A stretch of 64,000 nt of DNA. It comes from an uncultured bacterium. GTDB lineage: Bacteria > Patescibacteriota > Minisyncoccia > Phycocordibacterales > CAIRYW01. How positions within the stretch are numbered: position 1 is the first letter of the stretch; the number at the start of each line of letters is the position of its first letter. Both the position numbers and the translations under genes were made by a program. The stretch lies in assembly GCA_963766885.1 (NCBI GenBank), contig CAVYBO010000002.1, positions 528,606 to 592,605 of the forward strand. The letters are read 5' to 3'. The notes beneath the pieces are model-generated. The model worked only from the letters and a program-made list of their open reading frames with translations. It was not told the origin of the DNA and did no database searches. Positions 1 through 8,511 of the stretch are shown here, in pieces.

Positions 1-810
1 CTGGAAGAAGTGCTTCGCGAGGAATACCCAAAGATTGTAAAAGAAAAATCTCTCTCTCCTATCGGCAGACCAAAGATTGTTGTAACTAAATTGGAAGTTG
101 GAAAAGATGCAGAAGTAACCATCCAAACAGATTTATATCCAGAAATTAAACTTGCCGACTACAAAAAAATCGCAGTCAAAATTCTCAAAGAAAAAGATGA
201 TTTTGAAGTCAAAGATAAAGATGTTGAAGACGCAATTGCCGAAATAAAAAAATACCGCGAGAAAAACGAACCAAAAGAAAGTGAGACTGGTAACAAAGAA
301 CTGAGTGATGAATTTGTCAAAAAGCTTGGTAATTTCAAAAATGTTGCAGATTTCAGAGAAAAACTAAAAGAAAATATCCAAAAAGAAAAAGAGTTCAAAG
401 CCAAAGATCAGAAACGTGGAAAAATGATTGACGAAATTGTAAAAGAAAGCAGTGGAGGACTTCCAGAAATTTTGATTGAAGAAGAAATAGACAAAATGAC
501 AAACGAATTTTCTGGCAATCTTTCGCGCCAGGGGTACACACTTGAACAGTACAAAAAAGAAACCGGCAAAACTGAAGAAACTTTGAGAGAAGACTGGAAA
601 GAGAGTGCGGAAAAAAGAGTTCGTGCTGAATTAATTCTTTTGGAAATTGCAAAGCAAGAAAAGCTTGAAGCCAATCATGATGAAGTTCACAAAGAAATCG
701 CTCAGCTCAAAAAACATTATCCCGAAGCGGACGATGCTCGTCTGCATATCTTTGTTGAAGATCTCCTACTCAAAGAAGAAGTCTTTAAATTTTTGGAAAA
801 AATCTCTTAA
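1..810 (+). CDS. tig: Trigger factor, C-terminal part (5' end outside window)
   Basis: Frame is open from base 1. The C-terminal region (LPEILIEEEIDKMTNEF...RVRAELILLEIAKQEKLE...) matches the conserved trigger factor C-domain pattern. clpP lies downstream, as in the usual tig-clpP arrangement. Confidence 0.7.
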   Translation: MEEVLREEYPKIVKEKSLSPIGRPKIVVTKLEVGKDAEVTIQTDLYPEIKLADYKKIAVKILKEKDDFEVKDKDVEDAIAEIKKYREKNEPKESETGNKELSDEFVKKLGNFKNVADFREKLKENIQKEKEFKAKDQKRGKMIDEIVKESSGGLPEILIEEEIDKMTNEFSGNLSRQGYTLEQYKKETGKTEETLREDWKESAEKRVRAELILLEIAKQEKLEANHDEVHKEIAQLKKHYPEADDARLHIFVEDLLLKEEVFKFLEKIS

Positions 811-818
811 TCGACAAT

Positions 819-1505
819 TCAATTTAGTAGAACAAAAGCGCTTGCAACAATGGCGGCGGTTTCAGCGCGAAGTATTGTTTCACCCAGGGAGATAAACTTT
901 GTGCCGCTGTCTTTTAAAAACTTTCTCTCCTGATCTGTGAAACCGCCTTCTGGACCAATCAACACTCCGCATTCTTGAAGAAAATTTACCTTTTTAATTT
1001 CTTCTCCGCCAAAATCCGCAACAAAAATTTGCACCTCTTTAAAAGGCAACTCAGAAATTTTAATTGCTTCAAGAATTTTTGGAACATCTCCTCTGCCAGA
1101 TTGCTCCGCTGCTTCTTTGATTATTTTCTCCGCTCGTTTGATATTTATATTTTTCTTTTCTGATCTCTCGGCAATCACTGGTACAAAATTTGTTATTCCA
1201 ATCTCCGTGCATTTTTGCAAAACCAATTCAAAATTGTCTTTCTTGATCAAACATTGAAACAAAATGATCTGCTTTTTCGGCATTATAGAATCTTTTTTCT
1301 CCAAAGTCTTCAAAGCAATTTCATTTTTATTCAAATCAACAATTTCGCAAAAATAATCAACCCCATCTCCATTAAATACAATAATATTCTCGCAAATTTT
1401 CATCCGAAAAACATTTCTAATTTGATTTATCAATTCCAAATCATCAAGCAAAATATCTTTGCCAATTTTTATTTCCTCTTTTATATAAAATCTATGCAAT
1501 CTCAT
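819..1505 (-). CDS. rsmE: 16S rRNA (uracil1498-N3)-methyltransferase RsmE
   Basis: MRLHRFYI start motif typical of RsmE, and ...GPEGGFT motif. Start taken at the internal Met (ORF table extends to 1559). Confidence 0.7.
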   Translation of the reverse strand: MRLHRFYIKEEIKIGKDILLDDLELINQIRNVFRMKICENIIVFNGDGVDYFCEIVDLNKNEIALKTLEKKDSIMPKKQIILFQCLIKKDNFELVLQKCTEIGITNFVPVIAERSEKKNINIKRAEKIIKEAAEQSGRGDVPKILEAIKISELPFKEVQIFVADFGGEEIKKVNFLQECGVLIGPEGGFTDQERKFLKDSGTKFISLGETILRAETAAIVASAFVLLN

Positions 1506-2289
1506 TGTTATTTTTTGTTTCTTTATCCAACTCCTTTGCCCTGCTCCAAGAAAGTTCATAAATCTTTTTCATTGCATCAGCTATTTCTTCGCTTTCTATG
1601 ATGATTCCAAGTTTTTCCCGCCAAGAAGCAATCATCACTTTGTTGTCATAAATGTTGATTTCCGGTGAAAAATAGTATTTATCAGCCGGTACAAAGGCGA
1701 TTTCTCTTTTTTCTTCACTATCGTGGGTTTGTCTTTCCTTGCTTGTTGGAGTTTCGGGTACAATAGCACGGATTGAAATATTTTTTGCTGCGCGTCTTTT
1801 GTAATATTCGGGAAAATAAGTCGGGAGAGCATTATGCATATCATCAACCGTTGCATACGCGCGTATTGCTTCAGAACTTGTCAAAGTATCCTCGTAGACA
1901 TGTTCCAATCCCTCTTTTCCCTCATAAAATCTTATCCGTGGGCGATTTTGTTTGGCGTGAAGCAGTTCCAGGTCTGGTACAATTTCTTCGGACTTTTTAA
2001 TTTGGTTCTCAAGCTCTTCTTTTTTTCTTTTTAAATATCCGCTAATAGCCTTTGGCGACTCTGCCGCGTATTCCTGCTTTGGCTCTTTACCCGAAACGCT
2101 TATAACCTGCTTTTCTAACAATGAATTCAAAATATCATAACCAGTTGTTCTGTTTATTCCTGCTTTTCTAGAAATTTCTGAGACTGTGCCCTTTCCAAGC
2201 AGAAGGATAGCCACATATACATCTGTTTCTTTGGGACTCCATCCGAATGAATGAAGAATGATTTTGAGCTGTGAATATTTGTCTTCCAT
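1492..2289 (-). CDS. TrmB-family HTH transcriptional regulator
   Basis: N-terminal winged HTH (LKIILHSFGWSPKETDVYVAILLLGKGTVSEISRKAGINRTTGYDILNSLLEKQVI) plus a C-terminal TrmB-like domain. Confidence 0.55.
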   Translation of the reverse strand: MEDKYSQLKIILHSFGWSPKETDVYVAILLLGKGTVSEISRKAGINRTTGYDILNSLLEKQVISVSGKEPKQEYAAESPKAISGYLKRKKEELENQIKKSEEIVPDLELLHAKQNRPRIRFYEGKEGLEHVYEDTLTSSEAIRAYATVDDMHNALPTYFPEYYKRRAAKNISIRAIVPETPTSKERQTHDSEEKREIAFVPADKYYFSPEINIYDNKVMIASWREKLGIIIESEEIADAMKKIYELSWSRAKELDKETKNNNEIA

Positions 2290-2474
2290 ATCTAGATCTT
2301 ATACCTTAAATTGATTTGTGTCAATAATTTTCCACAAAAATTTGTTGATATTAATAAATATATTGATAAATATGGTTATAATTCAATTTTGTATGACGAT
2401 TTATATTGACATTACCTATAAAATATGATAAACTATTACCAGAAATAAAGAACTTTGAAAACCAGCTTGCGAAT

Positions 2475-2525
2475 GTGGTCATAGCCAATAGATTTTAAAC
2501 ATCGAAATTTGCTGGCTATGACTAC
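2475..2525. promoter_or_regulatory. Imperfect inverted repeat gtggtcatagccaa-N23-ctggctatgactac upstream of the 2562 CDS
   Basis: 12 of 14 bases complementary arms seen directly. Lies in the divergent intergenic region between the TrmB-like gene and the 2562 ORF. Confidence 0.25.
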
Positions 2526-2561
2526 ACAAAACAACACAAAAAAATAACCGAAAGAACAAAA

Positions 2562-3047
2562 ATGCATACTGAAGCTATAGAAAAAACTTGGGTAAAAACT
2601 GATTTCCCAGTCTGGAAAACCGTTATTCACAAAGGATCAGAAATTGATCTGGTGAGAGTTACTCCATATCAGATGGGGCTGAAAATGGGCTACCATTACT
2701 ACGGTTCACGCCATAAATTCTGGCATTCTCTTGATTCAGCAGATGTTGCAGAACGAGGTTTCGAGCTTGGTCTCAGTATAGTTCCACGAGAAGTGCTTGA
2801 AACTCTCAAAACAGAAGCTGAGGGATGGGAAGCCGAACGAGCGGTCGAGGAGTTAGGTGTAACTCAATCTGGATTTGGATCACCCGAGACAGATTTCATA
2901 ACGGGCAGCCATTCACAAGGATTTATTTACCGGAATAGACAAACAGGAGAACTGCGGGTAAATGTCCTCATTTCCAGTCTTCACGACATGTATCTAGGTT
3001 CTAGAGCGGTCTTCGTCAAACCTCGCAAGCGGGAAACGGCAGCATGA
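2562..3047 (+). CDS. Hypothetical protein (GC ~45%, above local background)
   Basis: 161-aa ORF with local GC clearly above neighbours, followed by a strong terminator. Confidence 0.4.
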   Translation: MHTEAIEKTWVKTDFPVWKTVIHKGSEIDLVRVTPYQMGLKMGYHYYGSRHKFWHSLDSADVAERGFELGLSIVPREVLETLKTEAEGWEAERAVEELGVTQSGFGSPETDFITGSHSQGFIYRNRQTGELRVNVLISSLHDMYLGSRAVFVKPRKRETAA

Positions 3048-3083
3048 TCTGCCAAACGCTTTGGAGAATAGCGTACAACTCCA

Positions 3084-3121
3084 GCCCGCAAAATCGAAAG
3101 ATTTTGCGGGCTCAACTTTTT
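3084..3121 (+). terminator. Rho-independent terminator
   Basis: 12-bp perfect stem gcccgcaaaatc / gattttgcgggc with a gaaa loop, followed by a T-run. Confidence 0.6.
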
Positions 3122-3135
3122 AATAAAAATAGCCC

Positions 3136-3258
3136 CTAAGGGCTGTCGTCATCATTTTGATTATTATCCTTTTGAGGAATAAATAACATTCCAAAAAATA
3201 TGAGTCCGCACAAAACAGCAAGCGCCCATATCTGAGTATCAGGATCAAGATTTTTCAT
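3136..3258 (-). CDS. Possible small membrane protein (41 codons)
   Basis: [46 protein letters not shown] with one hydrophobic helix, below the ORF-track length cutoff. A palindrome agcccctaagggct sits at its 3' end. Confidence 0.2.
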   Translation of the reverse strand: MKNLDPDTQIWALAVLCGLIFFGMLFIPQKDNNQNDDDSP

Positions 3259-3384
3259 TCCTTATTCACCATAAACAATTTGGTTTTGAATTGCAAGGAT
3301 TTTTTGGGGAAAAAATATCTTTTCTTGACTATTTTTTTGTTTGCAATATTCTTTAGGCATAGCAATTTAATCCAAAATAAAAAT

Positions 3385-3960
3385 ATGAGTTATTTAATTC
3401 CAACAGTTATAGAAAAAACAAGCTTTGGTGAAAGAGCTTACGACATTTATTCCCGACTTCTGAAAGAAAACATCGTTTTCCTTGGCGGCCCGATTGATGA
3501 TGGCGTGGCTAGCACAGTTATTGCCCAGCTTCTTTTCCTACAATCCGAAGATCCGAAGAAAGACATCACACTATATATAAATTCTCCAGGCGGAGTAATT
3601 ACATCTGGCCTTGCAATTATAGACACAATGAATCACATCAAAAATGATGTCTCAACAATTTGTGTGGGAATGGCGGCTTCAATGGGTGCAGTCATTTTGT
3701 CCGCCGGAGCCAAAGGTAAAAGATTTGCTCTGGAGAATTCTGAAGTGATGATCCACCAACCGCACGGCGGAGCGGAAGGTCAGGCATCTGATATTGAAAT
3801 CAGCGCCAAGCGGATTATCAAAAATCGCGAGGTGCTAAATAAAATTCTAGCCAAAAACACTGGCCAGCCTCTAGTAAAAATAGAAAAAGACGCTGACCGA
3901 GATTTTTTCATGAATTCTGAAGAATCCAAAAAATACGGAATTATCGATAAAGTGATATAA
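3385..3960 (+). CDS. clpP: ATP-dependent Clp protease proteolytic subunit
   Basis: Strong ClpP signature ([19 protein letters not shown]..., catalytic Ser region [17 protein letters not shown]). Start placed at MSYLIPTV, since ClpP normally starts near there. Confidence 0.85.
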   Translation: MSYLIPTVIEKTSFGERAYDIYSRLLKENIVFLGGPIDDGVASTVIAQLLFLQSEDPKKDITLYINSPGGVITSGLAIIDTMNHIKNDVSTICVGMAASMGAVILSAGAKGKRFALENSEVMIHQPHGGAEGQASDIEISAKRIIKNREVLNKILAKNTGQPLVKIEKDADRDFFMNSEESKKYGIIDKVI

Positions 3961-3995
3961 AAATCTTGCCGCTGAATATTTCAGAGGCAAGTATA

Positions 3996-4250
3996 TTATC
4001 GGGAATCCGGGGTTTGGGAAAGATTAAACCAAAAACCTGCTTCATTCCAATTTTGCTCTTCCATACATTCTCCCGCTAAACCAAGTGCGCAACCTCTGTG
4101 AGCCTTTCCGCCTTTTGGCGATTGACAAACATCTTCAAATTGCTCATCGCCCATAGTTATTTCCTGTTTGCAGATGAAACAAACACTCGGCCGCAGGAGA
4201 GATCTCAAGAGCTCTGGATTTTCAATCAAATCTTTAAGAAAAATGGACAT
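3996..4250 (-). CDS. Hypothetical small Cys-rich protein
   Basis: 84-aa ORF with CFICKQ and HRGCALGLAGEC motifs suggesting a metal-binding site. No recognised family. Confidence 0.3.
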   Translation of the reverse strand: MSIFLKDLIENPELLRSLLRPSVCFICKQEITMGDEQFEDVCQSPKGGKAHRGCALGLAGECMEEQNWNEAGFWFNLSQTPDSR

Positions 4251-4457
4251 AAAACCTTCCTAATATTAGGCTTTATTTCTAATTTGCTCAATATTGGACA
4301 AAATTTTGTTTGTTTTGTATAGTATAAACACGAAATTATTATGTTAATTTATACATTCGCAACTAGAAATTCCGAGACGTTTGCTGACCAAAAGATGACT
4401 TTGATTTTGAAAAACTTTTATAACGCCAAAGAAAAACTGGAAGCGAATTAATCGCTT

Positions 4458-5987
4458 ATGTCATTAAAATTAGTATTCATTTTACTAGCTCTCACAGGAG
4501 CAGTTAGTATCCTAGTCGGATACTTTCTTCGTGTGCTTTTGGCTTTGAGCAAAAGAGGAACAATTGAACATGACATCAAACAGATGATGCTTGATGCCAA
4601 GGAGGAGGCTAAAAAAATTACCTTGACTGCCGAAGAAGATGCAACCCAAACTCTCAAATCGGTGCGCGAAGAATTAAAGGAAAAGGAAGACAAGATCAAA
4701 AAAACCGAAGATCGCCTGGTGGCCAAAGAAGAACTTTTGGATAGGCGCCAAGGAGACATTGACAAAGAAGCTGAGGGAATGAAACTGCGTATCAATGAAT
4801 TAAAAGAAAAGAAAGACAAGATTGACGCAATGGAAAGCTCGAAAAAAACCGAGCTCGAAAAAATTGCTCATATGACTCACGACGAAGCGTTTAATAAAAT
4901 AATTGCTGAAACTGAAGTTGAACAAGAAGATGCAATACTCTCTCGCATGCGCAAGCTCGAACAAAACGGCGAGGAGCGCCTTGAACAAAAAGCTAAAGAA
5001 ATTCTTACGACTTCAATCCAGCGCTTGGCAAATTCTGTCAGTCCGGATATTTTTACGACCTCACTGACAATTCCTTCAGACGAACTTAAAGGCAAGATCA
5101 TCGGCAAAGAAGGCAGAAATATAAAATCTTTTGAACGTGAAACTGGAGTGGAAGTGATTGTTGATGACACTCCCGGGACAATTACAATTTCCTGCTTTGA
5201 CCCGGTGCGCAGAGCTGTTGCAAAGCTTGCTTTGGAAAATTTAATTATTGACGGTAGGATCCAACCTGCAAAAATTGAGAAGGAAGTTGAAAAAGCCAAA
5301 GGCGAAATCAACAAAATCATCAAAGAAAAAGGCGAGCAAGCCGCTTTTGAATGCGGAGTCTTTAACCTAGATCCTAGAATTGTCTCAATTTTGGGAAGAT
5401 TATACTTCCGAACAAGTTACGGACAAAATGTTTTGCAGCACTCAGTTGAAATGACTCACATTGCCGGGATGATTGCTGAGGAACTTGGGGCAAATGTGCA
5501 AGTTGCCAAAGCCGGCGCATTGCTTCACGATATCGGCAAAGCGGTTGACCACGAAGTTCAAGGCACCCATGTGGAAATCGGCAGAAGAATTCTGCAAAAA
5601 TTCGGAGCAAACGCTGAGATTATCAAAGCAATGGAAGCACATCACGAAGAATACCCTTACGAAACGCTTGAATCGCGAATCGTACAGACCGCAGACGCAA
5701 TTTCTGGAGGACGTCCAGGCGCAAGACGCGACACGGTGGAAAATTATCTAAAGAGATTAGGTGATCTGGAAGCGATTGCGGGCGGTTTTCCCGGCATAGA
5801 AAAATCTTACGCTCTCCAAGCCGGCCGAGAAATAAGGGTTTTTGTAAAACCATCCGAAATTTCTGATCTTCAGGCAGTTGAATTAGCCAGAAATATCGCT
5901 CAAAAAATTGAAAACGACATGAAATACCCTGGGGAAATCAAAGTTACGGTGATAAGAGAGAACAAAGTAGTAGAATTCGCCAGATAA
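4458..5987 (+). CDS. rny: Ribonuclease Y
   Basis: N-terminal TM helix, coiled-coil, KH domain (GKEGRNIKSFERETGVEVIV) and HD domain (LLHDIGKAVDHEVQGTHVEIG). Confidence 0.85.
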   Translation: MSLKLVFILLALTGAVSILVGYFLRVLLALSKRGTIEHDIKQMMLDAKEEAKKITLTAEEDATQTLKSVREELKEKEDKIKKTEDRLVAKEELLDRRQGDIDKEAEGMKLRINELKEKKDKIDAMESSKKTELEKIAHMTHDEAFNKIIAETEVEQEDAILSRMRKLEQNGEERLEQKAKEILTTSIQRLANSVSPDIFTTSLTIPSDELKGKIIGKEGRNIKSFERETGVEVIVDDTPGTITISCFDPVRRAVAKLALENLIIDGRIQPAKIEKEVEKAKGEINKIIKEKGEQAAFECGVFNLDPRIVSILGRLYFRTSYGQNVLQHSVEMTHIAGMIAEELGANVQVAKAGALLHDIGKAVDHEVQGTHVEIGRRILQKFGANAEIIKAMEAHHEEYPYETLESRIVQTADAISGGRPGARRDTVENYLKRLGDLEAIAGGFPGIEKSYALQAGREIRVFVKPSEISDLQAVELARNIAQKIENDMKYPGEIKVTVIRENKVVEFAR

Positions 5988-6097
5988 ACCTTCTCCACAG
6001 GACGCCAAAAGGTCTTATTGCGTAAAAAATGCCGTAATTTATAATTGTATAAACCTTTAGGGGTCGAATTTAATAGTCTCGTTACTAATAATTTATT

Positions 6098-6370
6098 ATG
6101 AATAAGCAAAGCATCATTGAAGCAGTACATGGAATCTTGGGCGGCACAAAAGTACAAGCGGAATCTGTTGTTGACACCGTTATTAATACAATCGTCTCAA
6201 GCCTCAAAAAAGGCGAGGAAGTATCAATCGCAGGTCTTGGAATATTTTCTGTGAAGGCTCGCGCAGCAAGAACCGCAAGAAATCCTAGAACTGGAGAAAC
6301 AGTCCAAGTGGCAGCCACTAAAGTTCCAAAATTCAGAGCAGCAAAAGCTCTCAAAGAAGCAGTTAAATAA
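6098..6370 (+). CDS. hup: HU-family DNA-binding protein
   Basis: 90 aa with the canonical HU arm RNPRTGETVQV and GLGIFSV. Confidence 0.85.
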   Translation: MNKQSIIEAVHGILGGTKVQAESVVDTVINTIVSSLKKGEEVSIAGLGIFSVKARAARTARNPRTGETVQVAATKVPKFRAAKALKEAVK

Positions 6371-6395
6371 TATAATTAATTTTGTACCACTTACT

Positions 6396-6424
6396 AAAAA
6401 CCCCTCCATTGGAGGGGTTTTTAG
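6396..6424 (+). terminator. Rho-independent terminator after hup
   Basis: aaaaacccctcc attgg aggggttttt hairpin followed by T-run. Confidence 0.6.
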
Positions 6425-6442
6425 TTTTAAAGTTTCTTTTGA

Positions 6443-6607
6443 CTAATTATCTTCACGCGCTTCTTCAATTGCTTTGCGAAGAGCATCTATTTGTTGAGGA
6501 GTTTTAGCTAGAACATCATCAACATTTGGCAAATCACTTTCCGTATTAGGATTTTCAGGTAAATCATCTTCTATATTATTTTGTGGTAATTCTAAACCTT
6601 CATTCAT
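6443..6607 (-). CDS. Possible small acidic protein (54 aa)
   Basis: ATG ORF MNEGLELPQNNIEDDLPENPNTESDLPNVDDVLAKTPQQIDALRKAIEEAREDN, below the ORF-track cutoff. Confidence 0.2.
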   Translation of the reverse strand: MNEGLELPQNNIEDDLPENPNTESDLPNVDDVLAKTPQQIDALRKAIEEAREDN

Positions 6608-6636
6608 AAATAAATTTTAACATACACTGACTAAAA

Positions 6637-6707
6637 TGCGGGCAGAGAGAATCGAACTCTCGTCTACTGCTTGGAAGGCAGTCATTCTACCACTAAACCA
6701 TGCCCGC
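6637..6707 (-). tRNA. tRNA-Gly (anticodon TCC)
   Basis: Reverse complement GCGGGCATGGTTTAGTGGTAGAATG...ACTGC CTTCCAA GCAGT...GGTTCGATTCTCTCTGCCCGCA gives a cloverleaf with T-loop TTCGATT. No CCA encoded. Confidence 0.85.
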
Positions 6708-6796
6708 AAAATATTAAAGAAGTAGAAGAAATATACCAAATCATAACCCTCTTATCAACCATCCTGCGCAAAATCTTGTTGCTATAATAATCAGTA

Positions 6797-7987
6797 ATGA
6801 TCGCCAAAATTATAGCTGTAACAATAATTTCCATTATGTCTTTTTTGGGTTATCCGCAAAAAGATTATGTCGACTTGCTGCCAAAAAATATCCAAAATGT
6901 TACAGACCCATCCGTAATCCAAAATTCAGCAGGCACTTCTACTCCGAAGCAATCGGGGGCAAGTTTGCCAAAAACAACCACGGAAAATGTAACAAAAGCT
7001 CTTAAACCAATAACCCATAAAAGTAGGCCTAAAATAAGAGTGGTTTTCCAAACAACTCCCAAAATCAGCACCACCCAAACTTCAACACCTACAACTTTAA
7101 TCCCGGGAAGCAATACCTTGCAAATTCAAAAAGTGTTTAACCCCCAACCCCAAATCCTTTCTGCTTTAGCAAACCTCAGTCAAAAAATTCAAGCCTCTAC
7201 GGCAAATATTTACTGCGTGGCAAGGCGAGGACCTTATATTGAACAAACTTCTGGTAGCGCCGTAGAAATCGATCCTTCAGGAGTTTATCTGACAAACGCA
7301 CATGTAGCAGTTTATGTAATGCTTGCAGACACGGAGCCTGACGGCACAGTACTCTGTTATATTCGTGAAGGTTCGCCGGCACAAGAAATTTATCAGGCCA
7401 ATATAGTTTATCTGCCTTCTGCTTGGGTTTATGCCAACAGAAACGCATACTCAATCACAACTCGTCTAACCGGTACAGGAGAAAAAGATTACGCTATCAT
7501 TAAAAGAGGTGAACTGCTCACAAATAATCCACCGGCTGAATGGAGTAGTTCAATTGAAACACAAGCGCCAATTATAGGAGAAACTATTTATCTTTCTGGA
7601 TATCCTGTTTTTGACCAGTCGGTTTTAACTTCTGCACTTGTCTCTATTACAGACCAATCTTCCATAACCAATATATATAATTTATCAAATACAAACGGCG
7701 CCCTGTTTGACAGCGCGCCGACAACCATGGCTCAAATAGGCTCATCTGGCGGAGGAGTATTTGATTCAAATGGGAATCTTTTGGGAATTATGGATGCGGA
7801 AATAAGCTCTGTGCCAGGTGAAGCTCCAAGCGAAAGGATTGTTGGGATAAATTATATTGAAAACGATTTGCAATCGGACACAGGACAAAGCTTGCAAAGC
7901 TTTATCTCAAACGCAGCAAGCGAATCACAAAAATTCCTCCAAAATTCCGCACCAGCTCTTTCAAACATTTTGATTTCTAATCAATAG
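6797..7987 (+). CDS. Membrane-anchored trypsin-like serine protease
   Basis: N-terminal TM helix. Catalytic His region (VYLTNAHV) and Ser region (GSSGGGVF) resemble chymotrypsin-fold S1 peptidases. Confidence 0.55.
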   Translation: MIAKIIAVTIISIMSFLGYPQKDYVDLLPKNIQNVTDPSVIQNSAGTSTPKQSGASLPKTTTENVTKALKPITHKSRPKIRVVFQTTPKISTTQTSTPTTLIPGSNTLQIQKVFNPQPQILSALANLSQKIQASTANIYCVARRGPYIEQTSGSAVEIDPSGVYLTNAHVAVYVMLADTEPDGTVLCYIREGSPAQEIYQANIVYLPSAWVYANRNAYSITTRLTGTGEKDYAIIKRGELLTNNPPAEWSSSIETQAPIIGETIYLSGYPVFDQSVLTSALVSITDQSSITNIYNLSNTNGALFDSAPTTMAQIGSSGGGVFDSNGNLLGIMDAEISSVPGEAPSERIVGINYIENDLQSDTGQSLQSFISNAASESQKFLQNSAPALSNILISNQ

Positions 7988-8002
7988 AAAGTAACAAAAA
8001 TA

Positions 8003-8092
8003 GTTCTCGAAAAAGAGACTTTGGAGGAGCGACGGCGACGGAAGCGAGGAAATTTTTCAGCAGAAAAAATTCCGTGCTCTTTGAGAGAACTA
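8003..8092. repeat. GC-rich structured small repeat element, copy A
   Basis: Core ...ggaggagcgacggcgacggaagcgagg aaatttttcagcagaaaaaattcc... with internal hairpin and imperfect terminal inverted repeats. Homologous to the copy at 30475-30565. Confidence 0.5.
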
Positions 8093-8395
8093 TTTTTGTG
8101 AACGTCTCACAATCTTCAAAACCTCCTCAAAATTATCGTTTTCCAAAAGTTTTATCTTCCTCTCCTCTCCACATGAAACACATTGGTGCGTCAACACATA
8201 ATCCTTTCCTCTCTTCTCCAAGGCAATCAGCTTCATCATTCCTCCGCATTTCTCTGCTCTGTCGCCCGGAAACACATCTACATGTTTGCTCCACAAGCAC
8301 TTTGGACAATGATTTGTATAACCACTCCCTTTAACATCCGCACCGCAGTGCTCACATACAAAATCTTCAATTTTCCTCTGAAATTTTTGGGACAT
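8090..8395 (-). CDS. RNHCP domain-containing protein
   Basis: Contains GYTNHCPKCLWSKH and a second Cys cluster (HQCVSCGEERK) typical of the RNHCP zinc-ribbon domain. GC above background. Confidence 0.5.
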   Translation of the reverse strand: MSQKFQRKIEDFVCEHCGADVKGSGYTNHCPKCLWSKHVDVFPGDRAEKCGGMMKLIALEKRGKDYVLTHQCVSCGEERKIKLLENDNFEEVLKIVRRSQK

Positions 8396-8427
8396 AAATT
8401 TATTCTACTATAAAAAATATTTTTTGA

Positions 8428-8463
8428 GACAAAAAAATTCGGCCCTTGGTTTCCCTCGGGCCG
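8428..8463 (-). terminator. Rho-independent terminator after the 8512-9945 gene
   Basis: On the minus strand cggcccgagggaaaccaagggccg hairpin followed by a T-run. Confidence 0.5.
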
Positions 8464-8511
8464 ACTCGATTTTCTTTATACTCCGTCGTTCGGAGTTTAT
8501 TTCACACAGTA

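Noticed and set aside
4448-5323. Minus-strand ORFs of 123 and 148 aa
   Set aside because: Antisense to rny, with Ser-rich low-complexity products.
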